A DNA stretch of 64,000 bases. It comes from Rubripirellula sp. (GTDB taxonomy: Bacteria > Planctomycetota > Planctomycetia > Pirellulales > Pirellulaceae). The notes beneath the pieces are model-generated. The model saw only the letters and a list, made by a program, of their open reading frames with translations. It was not told the DNA's origin and ran no database searches. The DNA is taken from NCBI GenBank assembly GCA_965216875.1, contig OZ244207.1, positions 1,216,001 through 1,280,000 on the forward strand, given 5' to 3'. Shown one piece after another: positions 30,421 through 41,358 of this stretch (the stretch's first letter is position 1; every line of letters starts with the position of its first letter). The translations under genes were made by a program, and so were the position numbers.

Positions 30421-31170
30421 CTAGGCGGCGTCGCTCTGGGGGGCGGTTGTGATCGCGTGCAGCGTACTGCACATCCCGTCGAGCACTTCGTCACGAACCG
30501 GTAATCGGCGACCGCACCAGGCTCGGTTGAGCAGAACTTCGATCCCGATGTAATTCCGTCCCGAAAACTCCGACCGCATCGTTCGCGTGATGCTGTCGCA
30601 CGTCCCCCGGCGCGGATAATTCCGACGAACCCGCAACATCGGCACTTCTTCGTACATCTCGTCGATCCAGTCGAGACACAAGTCGACTTCGTCATCGGCC
30701 GACGGGTCGTACAACAACCCCACATCGGCTCGGCGCAGTTTCCCTTTTTCATAAAGTGGGAACGTGCGGACCGACAAATGGATCACGTAGGAAAAATGCC
30801 GAAACAATTGTTCGATCGACGCTCGAACGCGGTCCCGATAAGGCGCGTGAATCAAGTCGATCAACTGTTGCCGATCCTCACTGCCAAAGTCGCGCGTCAG
30901 TGGTGAGAAGAGTTGGCGATGGTGCAGCGATCGCGACACATCAATCAACTCGTTGGCATAACCATTAAAAACGAGTGGAGCGTAGAGCTTTTCCGACATC
31001 CGCTTGGCCGCGTAGGTCGCCGCCTCGTCGGTCGTCCATTTGTAGGGCTCGTCGTCGCTTCCGCGGCGTTTGGTTTTCTTTTGCTTGGCCGCCGTTGCCG
31101 AATTGATGAGCGCACGTAGCTGCGGCGGGACACTGTGGCCCCCAACTTCGCAGCTGACCAAGACACTCAT
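30421..31170 (-). CDS. N-formylglutamate amidohydrolase family protein
   Basis: LVSCE.GG..VP, LIDVSRS, PYRDRV, HLSVRTF, DVGLLYDP, RRNYP, GIEV. Confidence 0.75.
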   Translation of the reverse strand: MSVLVSCEVGGHSVPPQLRALINSATAAKQKKTKRRGSDDEPYKWTTDEAATYAAKRMSEKLYAPLVFNGYANELIDVSRSLHHRQLFSPLTRDFGSEDRQQLIDLIHAPYRDRVRASIEQLFRHFSYVIHLSVRTFPLYEKGKLRRADVGLLYDPSADDEVDLCLDWIDEMYEEVPMLRVRRNYPRRGTCDSITRTMRSEFSGRNYIGIEVLLNRAWCGRRLPVRDEVLDGMCSTLHAITTAPQSDAA

Positions 31171-31429
31171 CCGACTTCCTTTCGGTGATTCCTCAATAGG
31201 GCGAGTGTTTCCGTTGACACTCGGACGCACATTCTATGGATCGGGACGGCGGGGGGTAAATGTCGATTTGGTTGATAGCATTGGGGTTGGTGGTGGGAGG
31301 TTGGCCACGAGAAATTGGCCACGAGAAACACGAGAAGGCACAAAAAGGATTCGGGGTGGAGTGATGGAGGGGTAAGGGAGTTTGGGGGCTGGCCACGGAG
31401 GGCACGGAGGGTCGGGTGGGGATGGGTTG

Positions 31430-31620
31430 GAACCGCACGCTATCGCGTTGCGGCTGATGGTAGGGCCCGACGCTAGCGCGTTCGGCTCACGATGGGAGAG
31501 TTTTGCGTGGATAGATGCGGCAGATGGTTCATTGCGAAGGGCCCGACGCTGGAGGGAATGATTGTAATAATCAGCCCCTCTCCGGGCCTTAGAGCCCGAC
31601 TCTCCCAAGGGAGAGTGTTT
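31430..31620. repeat. REP-like cluster
   Basis: gaaccgcacgctatcgcgttgcggctgat..gctagcgcgttcggctcac (also at 33701) and ccctctccgggcctt..ctctcccaagggagagt (also at 35814 and 39950). Confidence 0.75.
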
Positions 31621-31755
31621 GAGGTGCAGTCGCGGTCGCGGCTCACGGGCGGTCTTTGGGGAAATCTTGTCTTGTGCTGGAGGGGAAAAGTTGGCTATCG
31701 ACCGTGGTGAGTTTGATCGTTAGAAGACCTCAAGTCCCCCAGGAAGCTGCGCACG

Positions 31756-33501
31756 ATGCCTTTGCTTCAACGACTCCTTTGCGTCAGTTTGGCCTTTTTT
31801 GCCACCACTTCGGCTCTGTCCGCTGTCGCTCAAAGTGACCTATCGTCTGAACCGTACGTCGTTTTTGTCGCCGAAGACAGCGCCTACGCTCGTTGTGGTC
31901 CGGCTGGTGATTACTACCGCACCGATCCGCTGCGGCACGGTCAGGCTCTTGAGGTGTACGCGGAAACCGACGACGGTTGGCTCGGTATCCGTCCGCCCGA
32001 AGAGAGCTTTTGCTGGGTGATCGCGGAAACCATTGAGCTGAATTCCAATGGCGATTTCGGCACGATCATCGAAGACAAAACGGTCGCTTGGATCGGCACC
32101 CACTTGGGCCGCGCCAAAAAATATCGCTGGCAGGTCCAACTGGCCAAAGGCGAAGAGATCACGATCATCGGCCGCAGTGAACGCGAAGGACCCGACGGGC
32201 CTCAGCTTTGGTATCGCATCGTTCCGCCATCGGGTGAGTTCCGCTGGGTTCACCGCGATCAAGTCGTTGAAACTTCTGAAGACCTTGTGGCGAGCGTTCG
32301 CAAAACAAAAAGCACAACTGAATTCTTACCGGCCGCACCCGCTCGCAAACCGAGTTCAACGGAAGCTCGCACCGCCAGCACTCAGCGCCGCACGCAACCC
32401 TCGGATGATGCGAATCGTCCCTCGGTCAACAAGATCGCCAAAGCAAACGACGGCCCCCAATCGTCTCGTCGCAATTCACCCAAACCGGGCGCACGTTCGA
32501 TCTTGGTGAAAGATTCCGAGACCATCGGTAGTTCGCCGATTGGCAGCGGTTTGAAAGACGACTGGAAAGAACAAGACCAGGCGAAGCCGGTTGAAGAAAC
32601 GGCCAAGACATCACCTGCTCGTTCACTGACCGAAGTCGTCAAGCAAGGTGCACTCGCGTCGATTGAATTCTTGACGCAGCCACGGATGACTGAAATTGGC
32701 TTGAACGAAACGCCGAACATCGCTGACACAGCGGGCGAAGACAATTGGGTCGCTGGCGCACAGCCTCCGGTTGGTGCTTCGGGCGTTCAAGTCGCCGCCG
32801 CCAACTTGGCTCCACCTATCGGCGCCGTACCAGCCAGCGTTCCACCGCAAACATCACCCCTTCAACCGGTGTCGGCCAACGTGCCACTGGCGCCGGCACC
32901 CGTCGTCGTTTCGCCCGAGCAGATCGCTCGCGTGCAACGCGAAGTGCAAGGAGCCAATGTCGATCAGCTGAGTTTGATCTTGTCGCGTTTGATGGCTGAA
33001 CGTGCCAGTGCTCAAGAAGTCCAACCGGTTGTTCAAGCGGCGAGCTCGCTTGCGGTTGCAAACGTCGACGATGTCACTGCCGGACGAGCTCGGATGTTGG
33101 CAGATCGTTCCATGCAGTACCAACGCGTGGCTCAGCGTCGCGGTGCAACCGTGACGCCAAACGGTGGCGCCGTTGCACAGGCCAACGTGCAGCAAGCAGT
33201 CGGTTCGCCGACTCAGTACTTGAACACGGGCGTGATGCAGGTCTCGGCGGTCAACGATCCGCATTCTTCGGTGACTCAGGAAGGTTACCTGGTGCAGGTC
33301 TATTCGGTTCGTCCGAACAGTCCACCTTTTGCACTGACCGACAACGCTGGTCGAACGCTGGCGTACGTGACGCCTTCGCCAGGCATCAACATCCGCTCCC
33401 ATTTGAATAGTCATGTTCGAGTGCGAGGAACTCAAGGGTTCCTGAGAGGATTGAACACGCCCCATATCTTGGTGCGATCGGCATCGCGGGTCGTTCAGTA
33501 G
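31756..33501 (+). CDS. secreted protein with SH3-like domains
   Basis: signal peptide; ARCGP..YY, GWLGIRPP and WYRIVPPSGEFRWV repeats. Confidence 0.75.
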   Translation: MPLLQRLLCVSLAFFATTSALSAVAQSDLSSEPYVVFVAEDSAYARCGPAGDYYRTDPLRHGQALEVYAETDDGWLGIRPPEESFCWVIAETIELNSNGDFGTIIEDKTVAWIGTHLGRAKKYRWQVQLAKGEEITIIGRSEREGPDGPQLWYRIVPPSGEFRWVHRDQVVETSEDLVASVRKTKSTTEFLPAAPARKPSSTEARTASTQRRTQPSDDANRPSVNKIAKANDGPQSSRRNSPKPGARSILVKDSETIGSSPIGSGLKDDWKEQDQAKPVEETAKTSPARSLTEVVKQGALASIEFLTQPRMTEIGLNETPNIADTAGEDNWVAGAQPPVGASGVQVAAANLAPPIGAVPASVPPQTSPLQPVSANVPLAPAPVVVSPEQIARVQREVQGANVDQLSLILSRLMAERASAQEVQPVVQAASSLAVANVDDVTAGRARMLADRSMQYQRVAQRRGATVTPNGGAVAQANVQQAVGSPTQYLNTGVMQVSAVNDPHSSVTQEGYLVQVYSVRPNSPPFALTDNAGRTLAYVTPSPGINIRSHLNSHVRVRGTQGFLRGLNTPHILVRSASRVVQ

Positions 33502-33528
33502 GTTTTGGTTTGCAGTCGTTGGGCGGGT

Positions 33529-33820
33529 GGCCTGAAGATTCCGGCTAAAGCTCGGTACTACGAACGGGCGAGGCCGTGAGACCATGGGGCCTCGAAATGG
33601 GTGTTGAAGAGTTCATTGCCCGGCCGCTTACGCGATCGCGGCTCATGAGATCTGCCGCCGAGCGCTAGCTCGCGGTTCCTGCTTGGTCGACGGTTTGTGG
33701 GAACCGCACGCTATCGCGTTGCGGCTGATTGTAAGGCCCGACGCTAGCGCGTTCGGCTCACGGTGGGAGAAAGGGGCGTTGAAGAGTTCGTGCCCGGCCG
33801 CTTACGCGATCGCGGCTCAT
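33529..33820. repeat. REP/BIME-like cluster
   Basis: gttgaagagttc..gcccggccgcttacgcgatcgcggctcatgagat occurs twice; tgaagattccggctaaagctcg also occurs at 40020. Confidence 0.8.
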
Positions 33821-33903
33821 GAGATTACCGGGTCTCGGGCGTCCATCAGACGGCTGATCGTTGCCCCTGGTGACCTGGGGGCTCAGCCGCTACGATTTTG
33901 TCT

Positions 33904-34263
33904 ATGAACAGCGACAAATTGGCCAAGCGACGTACATTGCTGCGGAACATCGTGGTGATGGCTTTTGCAGACGGTTCCCTCGGTGAACGCGAGGTGAATC
34001 TGGTCGCTGATCGCTGCGCCGAGCTTGGGCTCGATGGCTACGACATGCGGAAAGCGGTCGAGTTCGCTCTTAGTGATGAAGCCAAGTTGGAGCTGCCAAC
34101 CGATCCAGAAGAACGCATGGAATTGATGCGGGATCTGATTCGGATGATGGCGGCCGACGGTATCTTGGCCGAAGGTGAGAAACGGTTGTTCGCGCTGGCT
34201 GCTGCGAAGATGGAAATCGGAGCGGCAGAGGTCGAACAGTTGCTTGACGAAATGCTCGAGTAG
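33904..34263 (+). CDS. TerB-like tellurite resistance family protein
   Basis: MAFADGSLGEREV and MMAADGILAEGEK duplicated motif. Confidence 0.8.
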   Translation: MNSDKLAKRRTLLRNIVVMAFADGSLGEREVNLVADRCAELGLDGYDMRKAVEFALSDEAKLELPTDPEERMELMRDLIRMMAADGILAEGEKRLFALAAAKMEIGAAEVEQLLDEMLE

Positions 34264-34268
34264 AGGCC

Positions 34269-34898
34269 GTGGCTCGAATTCTGATCACATCGGGCCCCAC
34301 GCGTCAGTACCTCGACCCTGTGCGCTACCTGACCAACGCATCGAGCGGACGGATGGGCGCGGCGCTGGCCGAATCGGCACTCGAGCTAGGCCACGAAGTG
34401 GTGATCATCTCGGGCCCCGTCTCGATCGAGTACCCGTCGGCCGCTGAAATCGTTCCGGTTGAAACGACCGACGACATGTTGGAAGCGGCGGTGAGAGTTT
34501 TTGAAGATTGCCAGGGTGCGATCGGAGCAGCGGCGCCATGCGATTACATGCCGCGGTTTGTCCAGCAGTCGAAGATTGCCAAAACGGGCGAGCCACTGAA
34601 ACTTGAACTTGTCGAAACGGCCGATGTGGTCGCGACCCTTGGCCAACGCAAACGAAGCGACCAATGGGTCGTCGGCTTTGCTCTCGAAACCGAAGACCAT
34701 CGCTTTCGTGCGATCGCAAAACTAGAACGCAAACATTGTGACTTGATGGTCAGTAATGGACCGTCGGCGATCGATGCGATGGACAATGATGTTGAATTAT
34801 TGGATCCCGAAGGCAACGTGCTCGCTCACGTGATCGGATCCAAAGCAACGGTCGCTCAGCGATTGTTGCAAGAGATTGACCGGAGACTTGTGAACTGA
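34269..34898 (+). CDS. coaB: phosphopantothenate-cysteine ligase
   Basis: [34 protein letters not shown]. Confidence 0.9.
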   Translation: MARILITSGPTRQYLDPVRYLTNASSGRMGAALAESALELGHEVVIISGPVSIEYPSAAEIVPVETTDDMLEAAVRVFEDCQGAIGAAAPCDYMPRFVQQSKIAKTGEPLKLELVETADVVATLGQRKRSDQWVVGFALETEDHRFRAIAKLERKHCDLMVSNGPSAIDAMDNDVELLDPEGNVLAHVIGSKATVAQRLLQEIDRRLVN

Positions 34899-35803
34899 TG
34901 GACCTTTCTGTTTCGCTCGGACGACTCACGCTAAAGAACCCAATCATGGTTGCCTCGGGCACCTTTGGGTATGCACGTGAAATGGAAGGCATCGTCGATG
35001 TCTCACAACTCGGCGGCGTTTTGCCAAAGACGATCACTCAGGAGCCACGGATTGGCAACGCCCCGTGGCGAACCGTCGAAACGTCGGCCGGATTGCTCAA
35101 TGCGATCGGGTTGGATAACGACGGTGTCGATGCATTCCTCGAGCACCACTTGCCCTATTTGAAGGACGTTGGCACGGCGATCGTTGTGAGTGTTGCCGGG
35201 CGAACGGAAGAGGAGTTCGTTTCGCTGGCCCAGCGAGTTGGCGGCCAAGAAGGTGTCTCGGCGATTGAACTCAATTTGTCCTGCCCCAACGTTTCGGGCG
35301 GGATCGATTTTGGAACCAACGCCGAGTCGTGTCGCAAAGTGGTGGCTGCCGCCCGCGAGCGATGCGACGTTCCGGTTCTTGCAAAGCTAACACCCAACGT
35401 GACGAAGATTGCCGACATCGCCAAAGGTGCTGAAGATGGCGGCGCGGATGCGGTTTGTTTGATCAACACGGTGCTCGGCATGTCAGTCGATTGGCGGCGA
35501 CGCAAACCGATGCTCGGCAATGTGGTTGGCGGGTTGAGTGGACCGGCGATCAAACCGATTGCGTTGCGATGCGTGCATCAAGTGGCGTGTGCGACCAACA
35601 TTCCAATCATAGGGATTGGGGGCATCGCAACGATCGACGATGTGATGCAGTTTCTAGTGACCGGTGCGAGCGCGGTTCAAATTGGAACGGCGAACTATTA
35701 CGACCCAACGGTTTCGGCACGGTTGGTCGAAGAGTTGCCAGCGGCACTGGGTGAACTCGGTGTCGGTTCGGTCAGTGAGTGCGTTCGGTCGCTGCAAGTT
35801 TGA
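34898..35803 (+). CDS. pyrD: dihydroorotate dehydrogenase (class 1)
   Basis: [43 protein letters not shown]. Confidence 0.95.
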   Translation: MDLSVSLGRLTLKNPIMVASGTFGYAREMEGIVDVSQLGGVLPKTITQEPRIGNAPWRTVETSAGLLNAIGLDNDGVDAFLEHHLPYLKDVGTAIVVSVAGRTEEEFVSLAQRVGGQEGVSAIELNLSCPNVSGGIDFGTNAESCRKVVAAARERCDVPVLAKLTPNVTKIADIAKGAEDGGADAVCLINTVLGMSVDWRRRKPMLGNVVGGLSGPAIKPIALRCVHQVACATNIPIIGIGGIATIDDVMQFLVTGASAVQIGTANYYDPTVSARLVEELPAALGELGVGSVSECVRSLQV

Positions 35804-36060
35804 CAAAACAAACCCTCTCCGGGCCTTAGCGCCCGGCTCTCCCAAGGGAGAGTGTTCTGATGTACTGCGCATCAGCAATCACCCTCTCGCATGCGGGGTT
35901 TTCCTGACAGGGTTTGTCAGGTGGGGGGCGAGAGATGAGCATTGATTTTGTGATTTTTTTGCACCCCCTCTGATTTGTGTACTAGGTTTGCAGTGTGACG
36001 TAGGGAAAAACCGCATCGGACAGCGCGGTACCTGACGTCATTGTTTTTTGGGGCAGACCT

Positions 36061-36450
36061 ATGTGGCTATGCTTTGACCTGGTGGATGATGGATTCATCA
36101 CTTCTGACCAGGCGATGAAAATTCTCCGTCAACAAATGTCATGTCGAACGCCAATTGGGCAGATCGCAGTTGAAAGCAGCGTGATGACCATGGGGCAGGT
36201 GTTCGATGTGCTGGCGAAGCAATTTGAGTCTGAACTTCCCTTTGGCGAACTCGCCATTGAGATGGGTTACCTGAGTCGTGAGCAACTGGGGGATCTGATT
36301 TTGAAACAACTCGACAGTGTTCCATCACAAGCCGAGTTGTTGACTAAATCAGGCATGCTCACGGAGGAAGATCTAGGCAGAGCAGTTCAAGCCAGACGCC
36401 ACCGTCGGATGGGCGCACCACAGGAGCTCGATTTACTCGAGGCTTCTTAG
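36061..36450 (+). CDS. hypothetical protein with MshEN-like repeats
   Basis: PIGQIAVESSVMT and PFGELAIEMGYLSREQL repeats. Confidence 0.6.
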   Translation: MWLCFDLVDDGFITSDQAMKILRQQMSCRTPIGQIAVESSVMTMGQVFDVLAKQFESELPFGELAIEMGYLSREQLGDLILKQLDSVPSQAELLTKSGMLTEEDLGRAVQARRHRRMGAPQELDLLEAS

Positions 36451-36614
36451 GGATTCGCCGGTGGTTTCGTTCATCGCATGTGGCGAGCGTTCGGTTTTGG
36501 GGCCGACGCTCGCCACGCGATGAACCAAATTTGTGCTTTCGAAAAACGTGGGCTGAAGATTCCGACGCCCCGCGATGAAACGACGAGCGTTGTCAAACGC
36601 TGCGCCGTTTCTTT

Positions 36615-38396
36615 CTAGGTAAAGCGGCCGTGCAACATCCAGGCATGAGGCTTGGCGGTTGTGGTTTGAGGTGTACGAGCTTTTGAAGCGAGTTGCCGAA
36701 AGATCCACCACCATCCGCGATCCGTTTCCACGCGATAGTAGTCGCGGCCAATGGCAGGGCCTTTCCACCAACCCGTCTCAATCCGTTCGGGCCCCCAATA
36801 GCGAACGACTCGATAGAGAACTCCGTCGAGCCGAAAGCGATCAGGAGGTTGGTGGCCGCCAGTGGCGTCGTCGAATTCGACAACCAACGGAATCGGTCGC
36901 GACAACAAAGACAGCGGACGACGCATGGCATCGTGAGGCGAGACAGTAGGTCGACCAGCCACATGCTTGCGTGACATTTCCAAAGCAGAAACATCCTTGC
37001 GAGGTGAGCTCTGGTCTAAAAACGATACCGACACATTTGAATGAGGGGCGTTCGTCGTTCGGCTTGTTGGACTTGACGCTTGTTGTGAGGCAACCCTCTT
37101 TCGTTTCGTTGTCTGTTGCAGCGGGGATTTCTTCAAACCACCTGTCAACGACTCGACGTGAAAGGCCTTTTCGGGAAGCGGATCACTGCAAAGCGTGACT
37201 CCAACCACCGCATCTCGCCCCAAGCGACCACTTAACGAGTCGACCAATCGAGAGATTCCGCCGCCACTGGTCCAATCAGCATCACGCTCGAACAACGATG
37301 TTTGATTGCTTCGCAGTGGTCCGGTCAAGTTAATCTCGATCGTCAATTTCACCACCGACGATGGCAAACGTTTGTTTTCGATCTGATTGGTGACCAAGCC
37401 GTAAAGGTGAGTGACATCGGACGTGGGCGCGAACAACCCGACCTCGAAGGTCAGTGGCGGGTGGATCGCAAGGTCCAGGTGACATGTCAATCGCAGTGCC
37501 CCACGGTTACATGTCACCAAGCCCGCCCTGGCTTTTTCAAGCAATTGGCGAACACGATCAAACAGAATCTCTTGGTCACTGGTCGGGTATTCCAGTTCCA
37601 TTGCAAATGAATGTTCGGCCGGTAATCGGTGCACGACCAACGCTTCGTCCATTTCTCCCGTCGTCTGCTTGATGCGGTGCAGTAACGTTTCACCCAAGCG
37701 AGCAGCCAGACCACTGCGAGGCAATTCGAACAACTGGGCGTTCGTTTCGATACCCAAGCGATGCAACGTCGCGACCGTCGACGAATCCAACCGCAGCGAT
37801 TCGACTGGTAACGGTTCGATGGAATGCATGGTTTGCTCGGTCGGAGCGATCGTTTCGCGATCCGGAGCACAATGAGCCAACGCCCAAGCCGCTCCGACGC
37901 TATCGGCGATCGCCATTCGGGCCACCAATCGATGTGACTTTAGGAGTTCGCGGACCGCGTCGAGCACACCCTGCTCGCCGCCAAACAGGTGAGCGAGCCC
38001 AGCGATGTCACACAACAACGATTCGGGATGATGCAACGCACAGCTTGCCCACAAGTAATCATCAAGCGATTCGATAGCCACTAGCGGACAGATCGTCATC
38101 GCAAACTGGTTGGCCAACTGATCAAGCGCTTCGCGATCGGCGAGCGCGTCGTGCTGCAGGACTTGCAATCCACCGGTGACCGCTTGAGCGATTTCGGTCG
38201 CGCCGGCAACGGGAGTTCCCAAACGCACACCAAGCTTGCGGCAGGCGGGGCAACACGCCGCAACCAACCGACCGCGGCGAGGATCTTCGTGCCAAAGCAA
38301 GGTCGCCCCCGTTTCATCAGGCGCGGCGTTGTTTTCTTGGCTTCGCAGACGCTGGATGGGCCAGTTCGGAAGCCAAACGCATAGTAGCCGTTTCAT
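36615..38396 (-). CDS. imuB: ImuB, catalytically inactive Y-family polymerase
   Basis: MKRLLCVWLPNWPIQR start, LAHLFGGE, GPERIETGWW, RDYYRVE, LHGRF. Confidence 0.9.
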   Translation of the reverse strand: MKRLLCVWLPNWPIQRLRSQENNAAPDETGATLLWHEDPRRGRLVAACCPACRKLGVRLGTPVAGATEIAQAVTGGLQVLQHDALADREALDQLANQFAMTICPLVAIESLDDYLWASCALHHPESLLCDIAGLAHLFGGEQGVLDAVRELLKSHRLVARMAIADSVGAAWALAHCAPDRETIAPTEQTMHSIEPLPVESLRLDSSTVATLHRLGIETNAQLFELPRSGLAARLGETLLHRIKQTTGEMDEALVVHRLPAEHSFAMELEYPTSDQEILFDRVRQLLEKARAGLVTCNRGALRLTCHLDLAIHPPLTFEVGLFAPTSDVTHLYGLVTNQIENKRLPSSVVKLTIEINLTGPLRSNQTSLFERDADWTSGGGISRLVDSLSGRLGRDAVVGVTLCSDPLPEKAFHVESLTGGLKKSPLQQTTKRKRVASQQASSPTSRTTNAPHSNVSVSFLDQSSPRKDVSALEMSRKHVAGRPTVSPHDAMRRPLSLLSRPIPLVVEFDDATGGHQPPDRFRLDGVLYRVVRYWGPERIETGWWKGPAIGRDYYRVETDRGWWWIFRQLASKARTPQTTTAKPHAWMLHGRFT

Positions 38397-39438
38397 GACG
38401 AGCGGTTGAGATCGATGGAAGCGAAACGTTGCCTTGATGGGGCGAACTTGGATGGGGTTGAATCTGAGCTTGCGAATCAATGAAAAGAGAAACGCTTTGA
38501 CCGATCGGACCGCCACGACAACGATCAAGCGTGACTTCGAGATCTCGTTGATTGGTTTGCAAAGGGGGGGCGTGTGCATCGCTTGCCCGAGCAACATGGT
38601 TTGCTTGATGAGCAACATGGTGTGCCCGGTGAGCGACATGAAAGCGGATGTCTGTAAAGCTTGGGCAGCCGCGTACGGACAAAGGGCGAATGAAAAGTCC
38701 GGGCGTGTTTCCGGTTTCGGAGGCAAGTTGAAAACGCCTTGCATCGCGATCATCAAGGTTCGGGCCGACATGCGCCCAGACGGCCGCGACGGCTGGACAT
38801 CGCAGCGCTTGATCGATTGCCCAAACCACGTCGGCAAGTTTGTCCGGACGCACCCAAATGATTCTCTCGGCCGCGATTCCGAGTGCGATGGCGGCCGGTG
38901 GGTAAAACGTGTCCGCACCGCCAACGATCACCAGCGGACCCACCGATTGTTGCAGTCGCACGCGAGCGGCCAGGATTGCCAGTGAGGCTGCGCCACTGCC
39001 GTCGGAATCGGCAACCCATTCGGTGATCGCATCGGTGCGCAAACCTTGGTTGGGTAACAACGCATCAAGGGTGCTCGAGCCGGTTGAAAAGAGTTTGTCG
39101 TCCGCGTCATCGGTTCGCGCGGTGGTCACGCAACCCACTTGGGCTCTGAGTCGGCGGAGGGTGTCGTCGCGCGAGTCGCTTGAACTGCACGACTCGTTCG
39201 AGGTTGACGACGCTGACTTGTCGTTTGCGGTTTGCGTTTTGGTAACGACCGATTCGACGACCGACTTGGAAATCCTTTTCGTGGTTGTCGCTGTTTGGGA
39301 TGCTCGGCGATGGGGTGTGCGAAGGCGTTGGTTGTGGCGGGTGGATGAGGGCGCAGGCGAATCGGCAATCGCAGTCGCGGTGGGCGAGCGGGTGGACGGT
39401 TCGTCGAAAAGAAAGGTTTGCTGAGTCGCCATCGTCAT
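38317..39438 (-). CDS. imuA: ImuA (RecA/SulA-like) translesion accessory protein
   Basis: STGSSTLDALLP..GL, FYPPA, WAIDQALRC, RRFQLASETG. Confidence 0.88.
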   Translation of the reverse strand: MTMATQQTFLFDEPSTRSPTATAIADSPAPSSTRHNQRLRTPHRRASQTATTTKRISKSVVESVVTKTQTANDKSASSTSNESCSSSDSRDDTLRRLRAQVGCVTTARTDDADDKLFSTGSSTLDALLPNQGLRTDAITEWVADSDGSGAASLAILAARVRLQQSVGPLVIVGGADTFYPPAAIALGIAAERIIWVRPDKLADVVWAIDQALRCPAVAAVWAHVGPNLDDRDARRFQLASETGNTPGLFIRPLSVRGCPSFTDIRFHVAHRAHHVAHQANHVARASDAHAPPLQTNQRDLEVTLDRCRGGPIGQSVSLFIDSQAQIQPHPSSPHQGNVSLPSISTARHETATMRLASELAHPASAKPRKQRRA

Positions 39439-39552
39439 GCTGGTCGTCAGAAAGGTGGCAAACAGAGGCAATTCGATTGCAAAGGTCGCCGCGAGTGGTC
39501 CGCCATGGGTTACAGTCAAAAGGGGCGGGCAGCGTCAGTTGCTAGCATTGCA

Positions 39553-39566
39553 TGTTCTTTTGTACA
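39553..39566. promoter_or_regulatory. candidate LexA/SOS box TGTTC-N4-GTACA
   Basis: near-palindrome 115 bp upstream of imuA. Confidence 0.55.
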
Positions 39567-39591
39567 GTATCTCTTCGGCGAGGGAAACGAA

Positions 39592-39873
39592 TTGGTCCAG
39601 AAAATCCGCTGGGTGCTTCTTGTTTTGGCGATCGTCACGGCGCTTGCGGTGGCGATCCAGAACAACGATTCGACTGAAATTCAGCTCTTTTTCTTTAAGC
39701 GTTCCCTGCCGTTGTCGGTCTTGGTTCTCTCCACCACTGCGGTCGGCTTCCTGATGGGGGCACTGACCACGGTGTTGATGTTGAGGCGATCGGAAAAGGC
39801 AAAAAAGGCGGCTTCCAAGCCCTCACCGGCCGAAGCAGGGTCATCGGAAGCCGCCGCCGAGTCGAACGCGTAG
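39592..39873 (+). CDS. LapA/DUF1049-family small membrane protein
   Basis: two TM segments around QNNDSTEIQLFF..SLPLS. Confidence 0.75.
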   Translation: MVQKIRWVLLVLAIVTALAVAIQNNDSTEIQLFFFKRSLPLSVLVLSTTAVGFLMGALTTVLMLRRSEKAKKAASKPSPAEAGSSEAAAESNA

Positions 39874-39892
39874 GGCCGTGGTGCTTGAATTA

Positions 39893-40055
39893 CCCTCCCA
39901 CTTGTGGGAGGGTCGGGCGCTAAAGCCCGGGGAGGGCCATTCGCGGTGCCCCTCTCCGGGCCTGAGAGCCCGACTCTCCCAAGGGAGAGTCATGACACCT
40001 AGCCTTTAGGCGGAACGTGTGAAGATTCCGGCTAAAGCTCGTTACTACGAACGAC
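39893..40055. repeat. REP-like cluster
   Basis: ccctcccacttgtgggaggg hairpin plus two other dispersed repeat motifs. Confidence 0.7.
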
Positions 40056-40065
40056 TCGATACCAA

Positions 40066-40323
40066 CTATTTGGCTCGGGCTGCCCGGCGTGCTGCCATTT
40101 GCTGGCGTCGTTTGGCGACCAGGTCGTATCGCAGCAGTACCAGGCGGGCCAAATCGCCCATGTGGTTGAGGCCACTTTCGTGATCCAGGGCCGCTGCAAT
40201 ATTCTTTGGCTCGTCAACCGTCTCAGCTGCAGTGTTTGCTGCCACAGCGTTGTCGGCTGGTGCTGGCATCACGGCAGTGCTGGTGCTGGCGGTGGGGGCG
40301 TCGAAGAGAAGCATTTGAGTCAT
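40066..40323 (-). CDS. hypothetical protein (85 aa)
   Basis: ggag RBS followed by ATG; C-terminus HMGDLARLVLLRYD. Confidence 0.65.
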   Translation of the reverse strand: MTQMLLFDAPTASTSTAVMPAPADNAVAANTAAETVDEPKNIAAALDHESGLNHMGDLARLVLLRYDLVAKRRQQMAARRAARAK

Positions 40324-40592
40324 CGGGTTGTCTCCGTCGAAAGAGCGGCCTGTCGCCTGAGCAATCCATGTCTCACTCAGGTAGGAGCATTCTTCGCGGG
40401 GCCGGTGACACGTTAGGTCAGGGGCTAAAAAGAAAAACGAAAAGCTGCCAAAACGCCGTAAAACACCGTGAAAAAGCAGGCGTCCCCGTAGCTACCTTCG
40501 CCAGAAGGTGGAAGTATTGGCAAACGCTTCACCACCGGATCACGCTCTGCGAGCGTCGCGACGAGCAGACGAAGGCTCACAACAAACCACCT

Positions 40593-41309
40593 ATGCAACA
40601 GATCAAATTCCGCGGCTATCGCCTCCACCACCGAAACCGCGAGGCGACTGAATCGATGATTCGCCAAAGCGAGCAGTTCGCCGCCTTTTTCAATCCTGCC
40701 GACGACCGGCCATTGATCATCGACTGTGGCGCCAACATCGGCGTCACCGTGCTCGATTGGAAAAGCCGTTGGCCGGGAGCACGAATCGTCTGCTTCGAAC
40801 CTGACCCGTTCGCCTTTGAACTGTTGCAAAAGAACATCGACGCCAACGACATTCCCGACGTGCGCTGCATCAACGCGGCCGTCGCGGGCGAAGAGGGCAC
40901 GACAACGCTCTTCGGTGACATCTCACGCGATGGCGATGCACGCGGCAATTCGATCGATCCAAACTGGGGCGACCGGGGCGACAGCGGCCAAGTTGTGGTC
41001 GCCTGCAAACGATTGTCACGCTTCCTGACCGAACGCGTCGACTTTCTAAAACTTGATGTTGAAGGAGTCGAGCAGCAAGTGATTGATGAAATCACCGATC
41101 AGCTCCGTCTCGTCCACGCGATGTACATCGAAGTGCACGAGACGCAGGCAGGTGACAATGGTGAGGCAGCCATTCGCCGTCAAGTCGAAACCGCAGGATT
41201 CAAAATCGAATCGGAACCACGCTACAAACCCCACGCACTGCCCGAACACTTGGCGGATTGGGCCGAGTCGGTCGGAGCTAGGCAAAGCCAATTGTTGTGT
41301 TGGCGATAG
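40593..41309 (+). CDS. FkbM-family methyltransferase
   Basis: IIDCGANIG, CFEPDP, VDFLKLDVEGVE. Confidence 0.9.
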   Translation: MQQIKFRGYRLHHRNREATESMIRQSEQFAAFFNPADDRPLIIDCGANIGVTVLDWKSRWPGARIVCFEPDPFAFELLQKNIDANDIPDVRCINAAVAGEEGTTTLFGDISRDGDARGNSIDPNWGDRGDSGQVVVACKRLSRFLTERVDFLKLDVEGVEQQVIDEITDQLRLVHAMYIEVHETQAGDNGEAAIRRQVETAGFKIESEPRYKPHALPEHLADWAESVGARQSQLLCWR

Positions 41310-41358
41310 TAGGGTGCCGTGCTTGCACGCACCACATCTACTTGCGGTACCGTGCGCG

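Noticed and set aside
38397..38924. N-terminal extension of ImuB given by the ORF track
   Set aside because: It overlaps imuA on the same strand; the family-typical start is MKRLLCVWLP at 38396.
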